Assembly (NCBI GenBank): GCA_003219345.1
Contig: QHOP01000091.1
Coordinates: 1 to 37,390 of the forward strand
Reading direction: 5' to 3'
Length of the DNA: 37,390 nucleotides
Source of the DNA: Verrucomicrobiota bacterium
GTDB taxonomy: Bacteria > Verrucomicrobiota > Verrucomicrobiia > Limisphaerales > AV2
This document shows positions 10,024 through 18,757 of this stretch, piece by piece (position 1 is the first letter of the stretch; every line of letters starts with the position of its first letter). Both the position numbers and the translations under genes were made by a program. The notes under the pieces were generated by a model. The model was not told the origin of the DNA and ran no database searches. It saw nothing but the letters and a program-made list of their open reading frames with translations.

Positions 10024-11724
10024 ATGAAACAAGCCTTATTAAACGCTTCGCTCATGGCATCGGCCATTTTTTTGAGCCCTTGGTGTCACAGCGAGCCGAT
10101 GGGTGGCGTTACGCTCACCGTCGTGCGCGATAATACCAATGCCATCGTTTCCTGGCCGTACCCGTCCACCTGGTTCGGGCTCGAATTCTCGACGAACCTG
10201 AGCACGACGAAATGGCGGCCCGCCGCGGAAACTTCGGTTTCCGACAGTGGCCGCTGGGCGATTACGGCACCGGTCAGCCTGCCAAGCCGTTTCTTTCGGT
10301 TGAAGAATCACCTTCAACATTTTGGATTTTGGGCAGGGTCAGTGGCGGCGGGTGGATCCATCATTGAACAGCGCGGCTTTGTCAACTTCACCATGGGCGC
10401 AGGCCCGGGGCCTTCCGCAGACCAGGCCGTGGCCTTGGGAATGAAACTGATGTTTTTTGCTCCGGACTTTACCAATCCCAACATTCAAGACCAGCTCGAC
10501 GCGATCCGACCCTATGCCACCAATATGCTCGCCTTCTTCACCATGGACGAACCCGATTGCGTCGCTGGGGGAAACAACGCGAGGTTAGATCAACTCCTGG
10601 CCTCCATTGAGTCTCAGATCAGCCAATTGAAACTGTCGTTCCCGGACGTTCCAGCGATGATGACCGTTGGTTGCGCCTTTTGGAGCTATAATAACTTCCG
10701 CATTCCCCGCGGTATCGATTTTATCGCGATTGAAAGTTACGGGAGCTCGGGCGATCCCGGCACGACTCGAACCGAATGGATGTCCAAGCTCCGGTTGTTA
10801 AAGTCTTACATGAATAGCTCTCAAAGAATCTTCCTGATGCCGGGCGCCACCGAAGGATATGGGACTGAATCTCAGCTTATCCAAAAAGCAAACGACATTT
10901 ACACTTACGCGCAGACCGATCCCTTGGTCGTCGGCGTGTTCCCCTTTGACTGGTACAGCGACAATTATGATTGTGCGAGTGCAGGCGTATTCTGCGGGAA
11001 CGGGGTTCCGACCACCAATTACTCTATCAAGGTCATCGGCAACCGCAGCGCGCGCGATCTCCCCAACCTGCGCGCGCGCTATACACAGATCGGTCAATCC
11101 ATCATGAACGGCGCTTTCCTGGACGTGGGGGCGGGCGGTCCCTGGATCCAATTCCTGGGCGGTCCCAGCTTGCCCGGGTCGCCTTGGATCTCCTCCCAAA
11201 GCGGAGGAACAGGCGGAACAACGCTCATCGCCGATTTTTTTGACCCGGACCTGGGGGCCACGAACCAGGCGCTGCGAATCAACTCGGGCGCGAACGCGAA
11301 CGAATGGTACGTTGGACCATTGGCCCTGGATGAATTGGCGGTCGGCGCGCGATTTCGCCTCGTCGCCTTCAGCCCCACGGGCAAAGAGAATCTGCTGTGC
11401 TTGACCACCCACTCCACACCTTTGTCTCCGGCGCCCGCCATCACGCTTGTCAATGGCCATTACAAACTCTGGAATTATGTTAATTCGGATACGGGCCTGA
11501 TGGACCTCGGCCCTGCTGTAACCAACGCCTGGCATACGGCCTATCTCTACGCGCGGAATGACGGAAAGGTAAGGTTGTGGTGGGATGGGAATCTGGTTTT
11601 TGACGACTTGGCGCCGCTGGTCAATCCGTTCAATGGATATGTGGAATGGGGAAGCGGCGCGTGGCAGTTCGACGCGATGACCACCGTGGACTTTGATTGG
11701 GTGGCCTATGGCAATAACTTCTGA
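10024..11724 (+). CDS. Secreted multidomain protein of unknown function
   Basis: 566 aa. It has an N-terminal signal peptide (LMASAIFLSPWCHS) and a small beta-sandwich-like segment ending in SRFFRLKN. The central region looks like a hydrolase (FFTMDEPD) and the C-terminal region looks like a jelly-roll fold. No catalytic motif is recognised. Confidence 0.6.
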   Translation: MKQALLNASLMASAIFLSPWCHSEPMGGVTLTVVRDNTNAIVSWPYPSTWFGLEFSTNLSTTKWRPAAETSVSDSGRWAITAPVSLPSRFFRLKNHLQHFGFWAGSVAAGGSIIEQRGFVNFTMGAGPGPSADQAVALGMKLMFFAPDFTNPNIQDQLDAIRPYATNMLAFFTMDEPDCVAGGNNARLDQLLASIESQISQLKLSFPDVPAMMTVGCAFWSYNNFRIPRGIDFIAIESYGSSGDPGTTRTEWMSKLRLLKSYMNSSQRIFLMPGATEGYGTESQLIQKANDIYTYAQTDPLVVGVFPFDWYSDNYDCASAGVFCGNGVPTTNYSIKVIGNRSARDLPNLRARYTQIGQSIMNGAFLDVGAGGPWIQFLGGPSLPGSPWISSQSGGTGGTTLIADFFDPDLGATNQALRINSGANANEWYVGPLALDELAVGARFRLVAFSPTGKENLLCLTTHSTPLSPAPAITLVNGHYKLWNYVNSDTGLMDLGPAVTNAWHTAYLYARNDGKVRLWWDGNLVFDDLAPLVNPFNGYVEWGSGAWQFDAMTTVDFDWVAYGNNF

Positions 11725-11867
11725 CGGCTTGGCGCCACTGGTCAATCACACCCTGGTGACGCTGCAGGATAGAGTGCCGGTCCCCAAAGGTGATCGATTT
11801 GGAATAGCCAAGCCGACCCACTCAGTGCATTGGCGAAGTCGTGGAAAAGCGGAACTCGTTTGAGGGC

Positions 11868-11912
11868 TGGCGCATCCGTCAGGAGTTGAACCTGAAACCT
11901 TCTAATCCGTAG
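11868..11912 (-). other. tRNA 3'-half fragment (anticodon loop to CCA, Arg-ACG-like); not an intact tRNA gene
   Basis: The minus strand reads CTACGGA-TTAGA-AGGTT-TCAGG-TTCAACT-CCTGA-CGGATGC-G-CCA. The parts are an anticodon loop with ACG, the 3' anticodon stem, a 5-nt variable loop, a 5-bp T stem with a canonical TTCAACT loop, the 3' acceptor strand, the discriminator and an encoded CCA. No complementary 5' acceptor (GCATCCG), D arm or 5' anticodon stem lies upstream. Confidence 0.6.
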
Positions 11913-12303
11913 TGGAAAAAAATCCCTCAAAACCCTAAGAAATCGCGAAAAAATGCTTCCAGCAACCGCGAGCAACCTCCAACAACGTGACCAAAACCGT
12001 TACCAATTCCTCACCATTGAAACGCCGAGCTCGGCATTAGTTGGGACTGTTTCTTGGGCAGTCTTGATTTCGGCGTTTTGACTCTAACTTTTATTGTGCA
12101 GTCATACTCCTCGCCGAGGAAATGAGAAATCTAGTCTCGAGAAAAAGGGACGCATCGGAGATGGAAATTCGCTCAAATTTTGCCACGCGTCGCCTGTGCC
12201 TCGCAGCCGTGCTCGTCAAAGACACTTTGCATCTTGCCGCTCTCCCTAGAAGCGATTGTGGTTGCGTTGCGAAGTGAATTTTCCGAGCTTCCTCCCGCGA
12301 AGA

Positions 12304-12750
12304 ATGGCGATTCCGGCACTCAGCGCGGATGGCGTGTTGCCTCAAGGGATACACGATTGCACACTCGAAGAAGCGCAGGCCCGCTTTGGGGTATTTCGAG
12401 GAAGTGATCGTCGCGTGGAGCTGTGGGCGAAGCTCCAAGACTTTCTTCGTGCCGTGCAGAGATGCGGACTCGTACAGGCAGTTCTGTTGAATGGGAGCTT
12501 CGTCACCGCCAAGCCTGACCCCAACGACATTGACTTGATACTGGTTGTTGCGGCCTCGCATGATTTCTCAGCGGATCTGAACCCATCCGAATACGAGGTG
12601 CTGTCGAAACGGCGGGTCTTCCGCAGGTATGGGTTTGATTTGCTGGCTGGCCGCGCCGGCTCCCAAGAGCTTGAACGCTACGTCAGTTTCTTTCAACAAG
12701 TGCGCTTGGAACCTGGCAAGAAAAAGGGCATACTAAGAATGGTTATATGA
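12304..12750 (+). CDS. Minimal nucleotidyltransferase-fold protein (MNT-like)
   Basis: About 148 aa from the Met at 12304 (the ORF is open from 12256). NGSFVTAKPDPNDIDLILVV fits the minimal NTase signature G-S-x(10)-D-x-D. The stop overlaps the next ORF's start (ATGA). Confidence 0.6.
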   Translation: MAIPALSADGVLPQGIHDCTLEEAQARFGVFRGSDRRVELWAKLQDFLRAVQRCGLVQAVLLNGSFVTAKPDPNDIDLILVVAASHDFSADLNPSEYEVLSKRRVFRRYGFDLLAGRAGSQELERYVSFFQQVRLEPGKKKGILRMVI

Positions 12751-12968
12751 TAAACAATGAATCACAGTTAAGGCAGGCCATTGAAGAGATTCAAGGACTA
12801 TGCCGCGCGATTGACGTGTTGCGGGCGGACGTGTTTTCCAAGAATCCGCGTAACTTCGCTATCCTGGCTGAAGGACCACTGGACGAGATTCGGAAGCTCC
12901 AAGCGGATATCGACGATTACGTCAATCGCTTGGAGGGCCTAGAACCCAGCACAGCCGCAGTCTCCTAA
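12747..12968 (+). CDS. Small helical partner protein, translationally coupled to the NTase-fold gene
   Basis: 73 aa and predicted all-helical by composition (QLRQAIEEIQGLCRAIDVLRADV ... LDEIRKLQADIDDYVNRLEG). It shares a 4-nt ATGA overlap with the upstream gene. No HEPN R-x4-6-H motif is present. Confidence 0.5.
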   Translation: MINNESQLRQAIEEIQGLCRAIDVLRADVFSKNPRNFAILAEGPLDEIRKLQADIDDYVNRLEGLEPSTAAVS

Positions 12969-13189
12969 TTAGGCGCCGGATCGTTCACGGTGTAGCGGCG
13001 CAAGCTTTTCCAATGACTCTCATGGAAATACTTGGTTGCTCTTGGACATGGACCAAACAAGAACGGTCGAGTTTTCTTTCGAATTCAGAAGAAACCGCGG
13101 AAACGTTCGATAGACGGAGCGCCCATCACTTGCTGCCAGTAGGGCAGCGACGGGTTGCTTTGACCCACGGCGACTTTGTCAACTCACCG

Positions 13190-13762
13190 TTACTCGTTGA
13201 TACCCCAGCGAGGGATTCCGACAGGACGGTTGAGGATCGCTTGCAGACAAGGCGTGAGCGCTGAGGCTCTCTTGTTTAAGTCCGTGAGCGGTGACGCCGG
13301 TTGCGGCGCGACAAAACCTGAAGCAAAAAACGCAAGCTGGTTTCGAGCTGCCGCCGCTTGAAGGTAAGCGTACGCCATTGAATACGACGGCAGACAACCG
13401 GTCGGACTGCCAATCAAAGCCGCCAGCGCGGCGTCGCGATCGGTTCGGCTGGCCAAAGATTTATCCAACCATGCTTTGACCACTGGAGGGGGCTCGCTTG
13501 CCCACGCCGATGCGACGATGATCAGGTCGGCGACGGCGGCTACTTCGACCGCCTCCCGCGCGAAGCGCTCGTCGGGTAGTTGGTCGAACTGGCACCAACT
13601 GCATTGGATATCGACGGTATGGTTCAGTTTGTCGAGCAGATGCGAACAAAGCTGCTTCGCGTGGTTCAGCGCGGCTGCGCTGTCAAAGGCGACCACGACT
13701 GAAAACGGTTCGGTGGATTGCACAAGCAGTTTCTGCCGAAGGGGAGCGGGAAGGGTATTCAT
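13190..13762 (-). CDS. Hypothetical protein, paralog A of a tandem pair
   Basis: 190 aa. It aligns by eye with the neighbouring ORF: PFSVVVAFD / PYSLVVVFD, DIQCSWCQFDQL / DIECNWWQFDDL, ADLIIVAS / ADMVMIVCA, VKAWLDKSL / IKVWVEMWL, and DAALAALIG / DTALVAMVG. Confidence 0.6.
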   Translation of the reverse strand: MNTLPAPLRQKLLVQSTEPFSVVVAFDSAAALNHAKQLCSHLLDKLNHTVDIQCSWCQFDQLPDERFAREAVEVAAVADLIIVASAWASEPPPVVKAWLDKSLASRTDRDAALAALIGSPTGCLPSYSMAYAYLQAAAARNQLAFFASGFVAPQPASPLTDLNKRASALTPCLQAILNRPVGIPRWGINE

Positions 13763-13837
13763 AGGAATTGCGGTTGGGCGGCTTCAATTGTTTGGCGGCT
13801 CGTTTTGGCTGTCATTTGCTTAGGAGCATACTGGTTT

Positions 13838-14533
13838 TTATTTGGCTATAAGTTGACCCGGACCACGACAGTTGGCTTCCCCATAGTTGGCATAGGCTGA
13901 CTGCTCATGGCGCGGGCGTGTGCCGACCGTTTTCATGTTCACCCTGCCCCGGCGTGGCGATGGCCCGTGGCGAAGAATTTCCTCGATGAGTGGCATCACG
14001 GTTTTCGCATGAGCAACGATGGCTTCAATCGAATCGGTTGGCGTCTCTTTTGCTAACCGGAATAAGGCAGGAAAGAAGTTCATGCCAGTTTCTCGCGCCA
14101 CATGCTCCAGGTAGGAATGCACTGCGGTCGTCGGTCGATTTTGCCTGTTTGCTACTCCAACCATCGCGACCAGCGCGGTGTCTTGTTCGCCCTTTTTCGC
14201 CAGCCACATTTCAACCCAAACCTTGATCGAGGAAGGCAACTCTTCGCTTTTAGCACAGACGATCATTACCATGTCCGCGTGTCCCGCAACTTTAGCGGCT
14301 TCTGCGCCTTGTTTGTTCTGAGTTAGGTCGTCAAATTGCCACCAGTTACATTCGATGTCGAAGTCGTCACCGCCTCGCTTGGCTAGACGAGAGTAAATCT
14401 TGACTAAATGGGAGTAAATTTGGACCGCCTCTTGGCGGGCGACCAAGTCATCAAAAACCACAACCAGGGAATATGGCTTCGCAACATCGGACAGGAGCTT
14501 CAGCTCCGGAGGTTCGAGTGGTAATGCATTCAT
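13838..14533 (-). CDS. Hypothetical protein, paralog B of a tandem pair
   Basis: About 231 aa from the Met at 14533 (MNALPLEPPE), which is preceded by GGAGA. The ORF is open to 14587. Homology to 13190-13762 is as listed for that feature. Confidence 0.6.
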   Translation of the reverse strand: MNALPLEPPELKLLSDVAKPYSLVVVFDDLVARQEAVQIYSHLVKIYSRLAKRGGDDFDIECNWWQFDDLTQNKQGAEAAKVAGHADMVMIVCAKSEELPSSIKVWVEMWLAKKGEQDTALVAMVGVANRQNRPTTAVHSYLEHVARETGMNFFPALFRLAKETPTDSIEAIVAHAKTVMPLIEEILRHGPSPRRGRVNMKTVGTRPRHEQSAYANYGEANCRGPGQLIAK

Positions 14534-14815
14534 AGGTTGTCTCCAAATTAAGCGCCTGAGTCCTTTCCGCTCCACCCCGGTTGGCAAAAATTCACCCTTT
14601 TTTGCCGCCGGTCTGGCCGACGTTAAAAAAGCAGCCCATCACCCTCGCCTTTCACTCGGGGGCACTCGCAATACCGAATTGAGCCCTCCAAACGGATTCT
14701 CCACCTTTTCTTGACACCGGGGGGTCCGGCTTCCAGTGGCCATCCACAATCAAGCAATACTCGTACGTGTCTGGCGCGAGGGTCAGATCCTTCATCCACT
14801 GACCCCGCATTCGCC

Positions 14816-15499
14816 TTAACCCGCCGCTTGACCTTCCACCCAGCGCACGGCGTGGCGGATCAGTTCCGCAGCGGTCTGCAGGTTGAGCTTCTGCTTGATG
14901 TTCAACCGATGGACTTCGACCGTCTTGGCGCTCAGGTGTAGCTGGACGGCGATCTCTTTGGTGCCTTTGCCCTGGCCGATCAGTTGAAACACCTCGAATT
15001 CGCGATCCGTGAGCTTTTCGACCGGCGAACCGCCGGCGTCGCCGCGTCGGCCGGAAAAGATCTCCAGGATTTTCGCCGACATTTTTTCGCTCACATAAAT
15101 CTGGCCGTTCAAGACCTGGCGGATCGCCAGCATCAATTTCTTACCGCCCTCCTGCTTCATGATGTATCCGCGGCCGCCGGCCCGCAGCACGCGCTCGGCG
15201 TAAAGTGATTCGTCGTGCATGGAAATGACGAGCACGGCTAGTCCAGGTAGAAGCGCTTGAACGTCTTTGATGAGTTCCAAACCATTTTTCCCCGGCAACG
15301 TAATGTCGGCGAGAACCAGGTCCGGCTTCAAGGCATTGATTTTTGCAATCGCTTCATTCGCGTTTTCGGCTTCACCGCAGACGGACAAATCCGCTTCGTT
15401 ACCGATGAGTTGCGCCAGCCCTTCACGCATCATCGGATGATCATCCAGGATAAGGATGCGCTTCCTGGCGACCGGTGACGATTTTTTCTTCCCGCTCAT
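14816..15499 (-). CDS. NarL/LuxR-family two-component response regulator
   Basis: About 227 aa from the Met at 15499. The receiver domain reads RILILDDHPMMREGL...DLVLADITLPGKNGLELIK. The C-terminal LuxR HTH reads LTDREFEVFQLIGQGKGTKEIAVQLHLSAKTVEVHRLNIKQKL. The start overlaps the kinase stop (ATGA). The longer 331-aa ORF extension is Arg-rich and runs across the kinase gene. Confidence 0.9.
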   Translation of the reverse strand: MSGKKKSSPVARKRILILDDHPMMREGLAQLIGNEADLSVCGEAENANEAIAKINALKPDLVLADITLPGKNGLELIKDVQALLPGLAVLVISMHDESLYAERVLRAGGRGYIMKQEGGKKLMLAIRQVLNGQIYVSEKMSAKILEIFSGRRGDAGGSPVEKLTDREFEVFQLIGQGKGTKEIAVQLHLSAKTVEVHRLNIKQKLNLQTAAELIRHAVRWVEGQAAG

Positions 15500-16629
15500 A
15501 GATCGCTTTTGAACAGGCAGGCCACGAGCATTCCTCTGCCGTTGGCCCGACGGATTTCGAGCGTGGCCCCAATCATGCCAGCGCGGTATTTCATAATACG
15601 CAATCCCATACCGCTCGTTTGCTCCGGCTTCACCACAAACCCGCGACCATCGTCGATCACAGTAAGGCTTGCTTGATTGCTTTGCGCCGTCAGCCGTACA
15701 GCGATTTGCCGGGCCTTGCCGTGCTTGATGGCGTTGTTGATGGCCTCTTGCGCGATGCGGTAAAGGTGCGTGGCGGATGCATGATCGCGCACCAGCACAG
15801 GCTGGGGACATTCAAAGCCGCAGGCGACGTGAAACAATTTTTCGGTGTTGGACGCCAGCTCCTGCAAGGCCGACATCAGGCCGTTGGATTCGACGTCCAC
15901 GGGCGAAAGTCCGCGCGCCAGCATCCGCGTATCGCCGATGGCGGCGCGCACGCCCTCGGCAATTTTGGCGGCTTGTGCCGCTTCGGCTTTGGATTTTCTG
16001 GAAAGGTTTTGTTCCAACACTTCGCTCATCAACTCGATGCCCGCCAGTTGCTGGCACAAGCCGTCGTGCAAATCCTGGCCGATGCGGCGCTGCTCCAGTT
16101 CGCTGATTTGCAGGACTTCTTTCTCCAACCGCTTACGGTCGCTGATGTCACGCACGAAACCGGTGAACAGCCGTTTGTGCGCCAGCCGCACTTCACTGAC
16201 GGACAAATCCATCGGGAAAACCGTGCCGTCCTTGCGCAGGCCAACCACTTCGCGCCCGATGCCGATGATTCTGGCCCGACCGGTGCGGAGATAATTCGCC
16301 AGGTAACCATCATGCTCGTCGCGATACAGCGTCGGCATGAGTACTTTGACATTTTTGCCAACGACCTCCTGCGCCTCGTATCCGAAAATCTTTTCCGCCG
16401 CCGGGTTGAGCGACTCGATGATGCCGCGCTCGTCGATGGTGATAATTCCTTCGACCGCTGTTTCGAGAATGGCGCGCAGGCGTTCTTCCCTGTCGCGCAA
16501 CGCGGCTTCGGCCAGTTTGCGGCGAACGGTCATCTCATCGCTCGACTGCTGGCCAGCTGAGGGGCCAGGTTCCGCGGCCTTGCGCCGTTCGAGCGACTCG
16601 GCCTTGGCGTGCTTCGCGTGGTCGGTCAT
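15496..16629 (-). CDS. Cytoplasmic PAS-domain sensor histidine kinase (HisKA_3 / HATPase_c)
   Basis: 377 aa. It has a PAS segment (RLRAILETAVEGIITIDERGIIESLNPAAEKIFGY), the H-box QDLHDGLCQQLAGIEL and an ATPase region (EAINNAIKHGKA...DDGRGF...GMGLRIMKYRA). No TM segments are evident. Confidence 0.9.
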   Translation of the reverse strand: MTDHAKHAKAESLERRKAAEPGPSAGQQSSDEMTVRRKLAEAALRDREERLRAILETAVEGIITIDERGIIESLNPAAEKIFGYEAQEVVGKNVKVLMPTLYRDEHDGYLANYLRTGRARIIGIGREVVGLRKDGTVFPMDLSVSEVRLAHKRLFTGFVRDISDRKRLEKEVLQISELEQRRIGQDLHDGLCQQLAGIELMSEVLEQNLSRKSKAEAAQAAKIAEGVRAAIGDTRMLARGLSPVDVESNGLMSALQELASNTEKLFHVACGFECPQPVLVRDHASATHLYRIAQEAINNAIKHGKARQIAVRLTAQSNQASLTVIDDGRGFVVKPEQTSGMGLRIMKYRAGMIGATLEIRRANGRGMLVACLFKSDL

Positions 16630-16761
16630 TGGCCGAATTGTAAATGAGTTTCACGCGCAAAACACGCGAAAATATCTTCATTGGCTGCGTTCGGGAGGGC
16701 GCAGAATAGGAACTTATCGGAGGCGCATCGGCGGCCTCGAAGTGGCGCCGCTTCGGTTGCG

Positions 16762-17646
16762 TTACGCCGCCAGCTTCAATTGTCCGCGAAACTCCGTCGG
16801 CGACTGGCCGAGGATCTTCTTGAAGACGCGATTAAAGTGTGTGAGCGATTGGAACCCCACTTCATAAGCGATTTCGCTGATGCGCAGGTTCGGGTTCAGT
16901 AAAAGGCCTTTGGCTTTTTCGATGCGCACACGCGAAACGTAGTCGGTGAAGTTCACACCGGTTATCTTCTTGAACATCTTGCAGAAGTAAAACGTGCTCG
17001 TATTGACCGCCTTCGCGACCTGGCCGAGCGACAAATCCTCACCCTGGTGTTCACGGATAAATCCCTTTGCCTTCGCGATCACCGGCGGTTCGGCATTTTC
17101 CTGCCGCACAACAATCTGATTGCTCAACATCGAAATATGCTGCGCGAAGATCGCCAGCAACTTCACCATTGCGTCGTGTTCTTGCTTTGATAGCACCCGT
17201 GTATTGAAGAAGGCGGCGCGGAGTTGCGACTCATCTACTTCCACGCCCCATTCACGCGCGAGTTTCAATGTGCGCTGAAATTGCGTTTCGGTGGGTCGCT
17301 TGCGAAAGACCTGGCCAGTTTGCAGATAGCCGATCAGTTTGTCGCCCAGCCGCAGAGGCACGGCAGTGTCGCACAATCCCAACTGGCAGGTGACGGTCTG
17401 CGGTTCGCGAGTGGCAGTCTCGTGGAGTTCTTGTTGGGTTTGCAGGCAGGCGGCGCAGGCACGACTCTTTTGCGCCATAAACGCGCAGAACGGATTTTCC
17501 TTCCGCCGGCCGTGGTGCGGCAACTGCCACGATTCGACGGGCCGCAAGGCGACCGGCAGTCGGGTGGTTTCGCTGAAGGCGCGTTCGTAATCCTGGTAAA
17601 TCTCTGAGTTCGCCAGTGTCTCGGCCAGATTATTTTCGCTGTTCAT
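16762..17646 (-). CDS. AraC-family transcriptional regulator with N-terminal PocR-type sensory domain (copy 1)
   Basis: About 294 aa from the Met at 17646. The Cys-rich PocR-like core is NPFCAFMAQKSRACAACL...TCQLGLCDTAVPLRLGDKLIGYLQTGQV. The C-terminal AraC HTH pair is STFYFCKMFKKITGVNFTDYVSRVRIEKAK...ISEIAYEVGFQSLTHFNRVFKKILGQSPTEFR. Confidence 0.85.
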   Translation of the reverse strand: MNSENNLAETLANSEIYQDYERAFSETTRLPVALRPVESWQLPHHGRRKENPFCAFMAQKSRACAACLQTQQELHETATREPQTVTCQLGLCDTAVPLRLGDKLIGYLQTGQVFRKRPTETQFQRTLKLAREWGVEVDESQLRAAFFNTRVLSKQEHDAMVKLLAIFAQHISMLSNQIVVRQENAEPPVIAKAKGFIREHQGEDLSLGQVAKAVNTSTFYFCKMFKKITGVNFTDYVSRVRIEKAKGLLLNPNLRISEIAYEVGFQSLTHFNRVFKKILGQSPTEFRGQLKLAA

Positions 17647-17822
17647 ATCGATCGCTTTCGTTGTCGTCGCCAAAACCAAATTTGTTCTGGTGAGACCAAT
17701 ATCGGCAAAGCAGCGAAAACTCACAATTGGGGGGCTCCCTGATTGTGCTTGAGGGAAATGAACTAACCTGGCTAAGGAAAATCCTTAGCCGACCGTGCAC
17801 TGGACCCGCGAATGAATACCCA

Positions 17823-18344
17823 TCAGACGCGGCCTTCGGTTCGCAATTCGACCAGATATTTGCGCGCGGATTGCAGCCGCTTGATGACCACTTCGGCCAT
17901 GCGCTTCATCAGTTCATAACCGAGATTGTGGTCTTGCTCGCTATACTCGCGCAGCCAGGTGCCGTAGAAAAAGAGGGCTTTGACTGGCGTTGCCGCGCGC
18001 GCGTCGAAGCGCCAATAATACGGCGGGAACAGCCACGACCAGCCAAGCACGTCACCCGGTCCAATGTTTTGGATGAGCATGTGATCGCGTTCGGGGACTT
18101 CCGCCTCCAGTTCCACACGCCCGCTCCGGATGAGATAAAACCGGTTGGCCGGAGTGCCTTCGCGAAAAATCACTTCGCCTTTCTTGAACTCGGCAAACAT
18201 GGCGCATTCGGTCAGAATTGCCAAATGTTCCGGCGTCATGCCCTGGAGAAACGGATGCTCGGCAACCAATCCTGGCAGTGACGACGCGGTGTTTGTCCCG
18301 GCCTGTTCGACTTCGCGCAACGTCGTATCAGTTGTGGTTTTCAT
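17823..18344 (-). CDS. Stand-alone cyclic-nucleotide-binding (cNMP/Crp-type effector) domain protein
   Basis: 173 aa. It has FKKGEVIFREGTPANRFYLIRSGRVELE and GPGDVLGWSWL. No C-terminal HTH is visible. Confidence 0.8.
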   Translation of the reverse strand: MKTTTDTTLREVEQAGTNTASSLPGLVAEHPFLQGMTPEHLAILTECAMFAEFKKGEVIFREGTPANRFYLIRSGRVELEAEVPERDHMLIQNIGPGDVLGWSWLFPPYYWRFDARAATPVKALFFYGTWLREYSEQDHNLGYELMKRMAEVVIKRLQSARKYLVELRTEGRV

Positions 18345-18757
18345 GTTGCAAAATTATGACACGTCTCGGCTGTCCGCTTCCCGTTATTTGGCAAGAATTC
18401 ACCCTCGGTTGCCGCGCGTTTAACGTGTATCGTTACGCGGCCATCGAACATAGGCTGGCAATTCAGAGGGCGCTGTTTTAGAGTCGTGCGACGATGATTC
18501 CGTTCGCCAAACACGGCAGGCGAGGCACCCGCACTACCTCTTGGGGAAATCAGCGAGCCGCGACTTTGCGGGGGCGGACAGCGCCGTTTCGGCGGGCGCG
18601 GCGGCGAGGACGGCGGGCTTTGTCCATTTCCGCGATCATGCGGGCTTCCAGCAAAGCGCGAGGCGAGGCAAACGCGATGGGGTGCGTGCGTTCGTATTCG
18701 AATATGTCCCGCAGCCATTCCTCATCGGTCAACTTTTTTTGAGCGACTGCTTTCACG

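Noticed and set aside
11868-11960. An intact tRNA gene on the minus strand.
   Set aside because: Only the anticodon loop through CCA portion is present. The upstream sequence (…GGGATTTTTTTCCA) cannot form the 5' anticodon stem, D arm or acceptor stem (GCATCCG is absent).
11742-12561. ORFs 11742-11975(-) and 12091-12561(-) in the junction region.
   Set aside because: They have no motifs. The first spans the tRNA fragment and AT-rich spacer, and the second is antisense to the NTase-fold gene.
14816-15811. Extended N-termini offered by the ORF track. Examples are 331 aa for the response regulator, 290 and 244 aa for the USPs, 327 aa for the radical SAM protein, 248 aa for SCO and 457 aa for the heme-porin.
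   Set aside because: The extensions are Arg-rich, overlap the upstream gene, and precede internal Met codons. Those Met codons give canonical domain starts, signal peptides or ATGA stop/start coupling.
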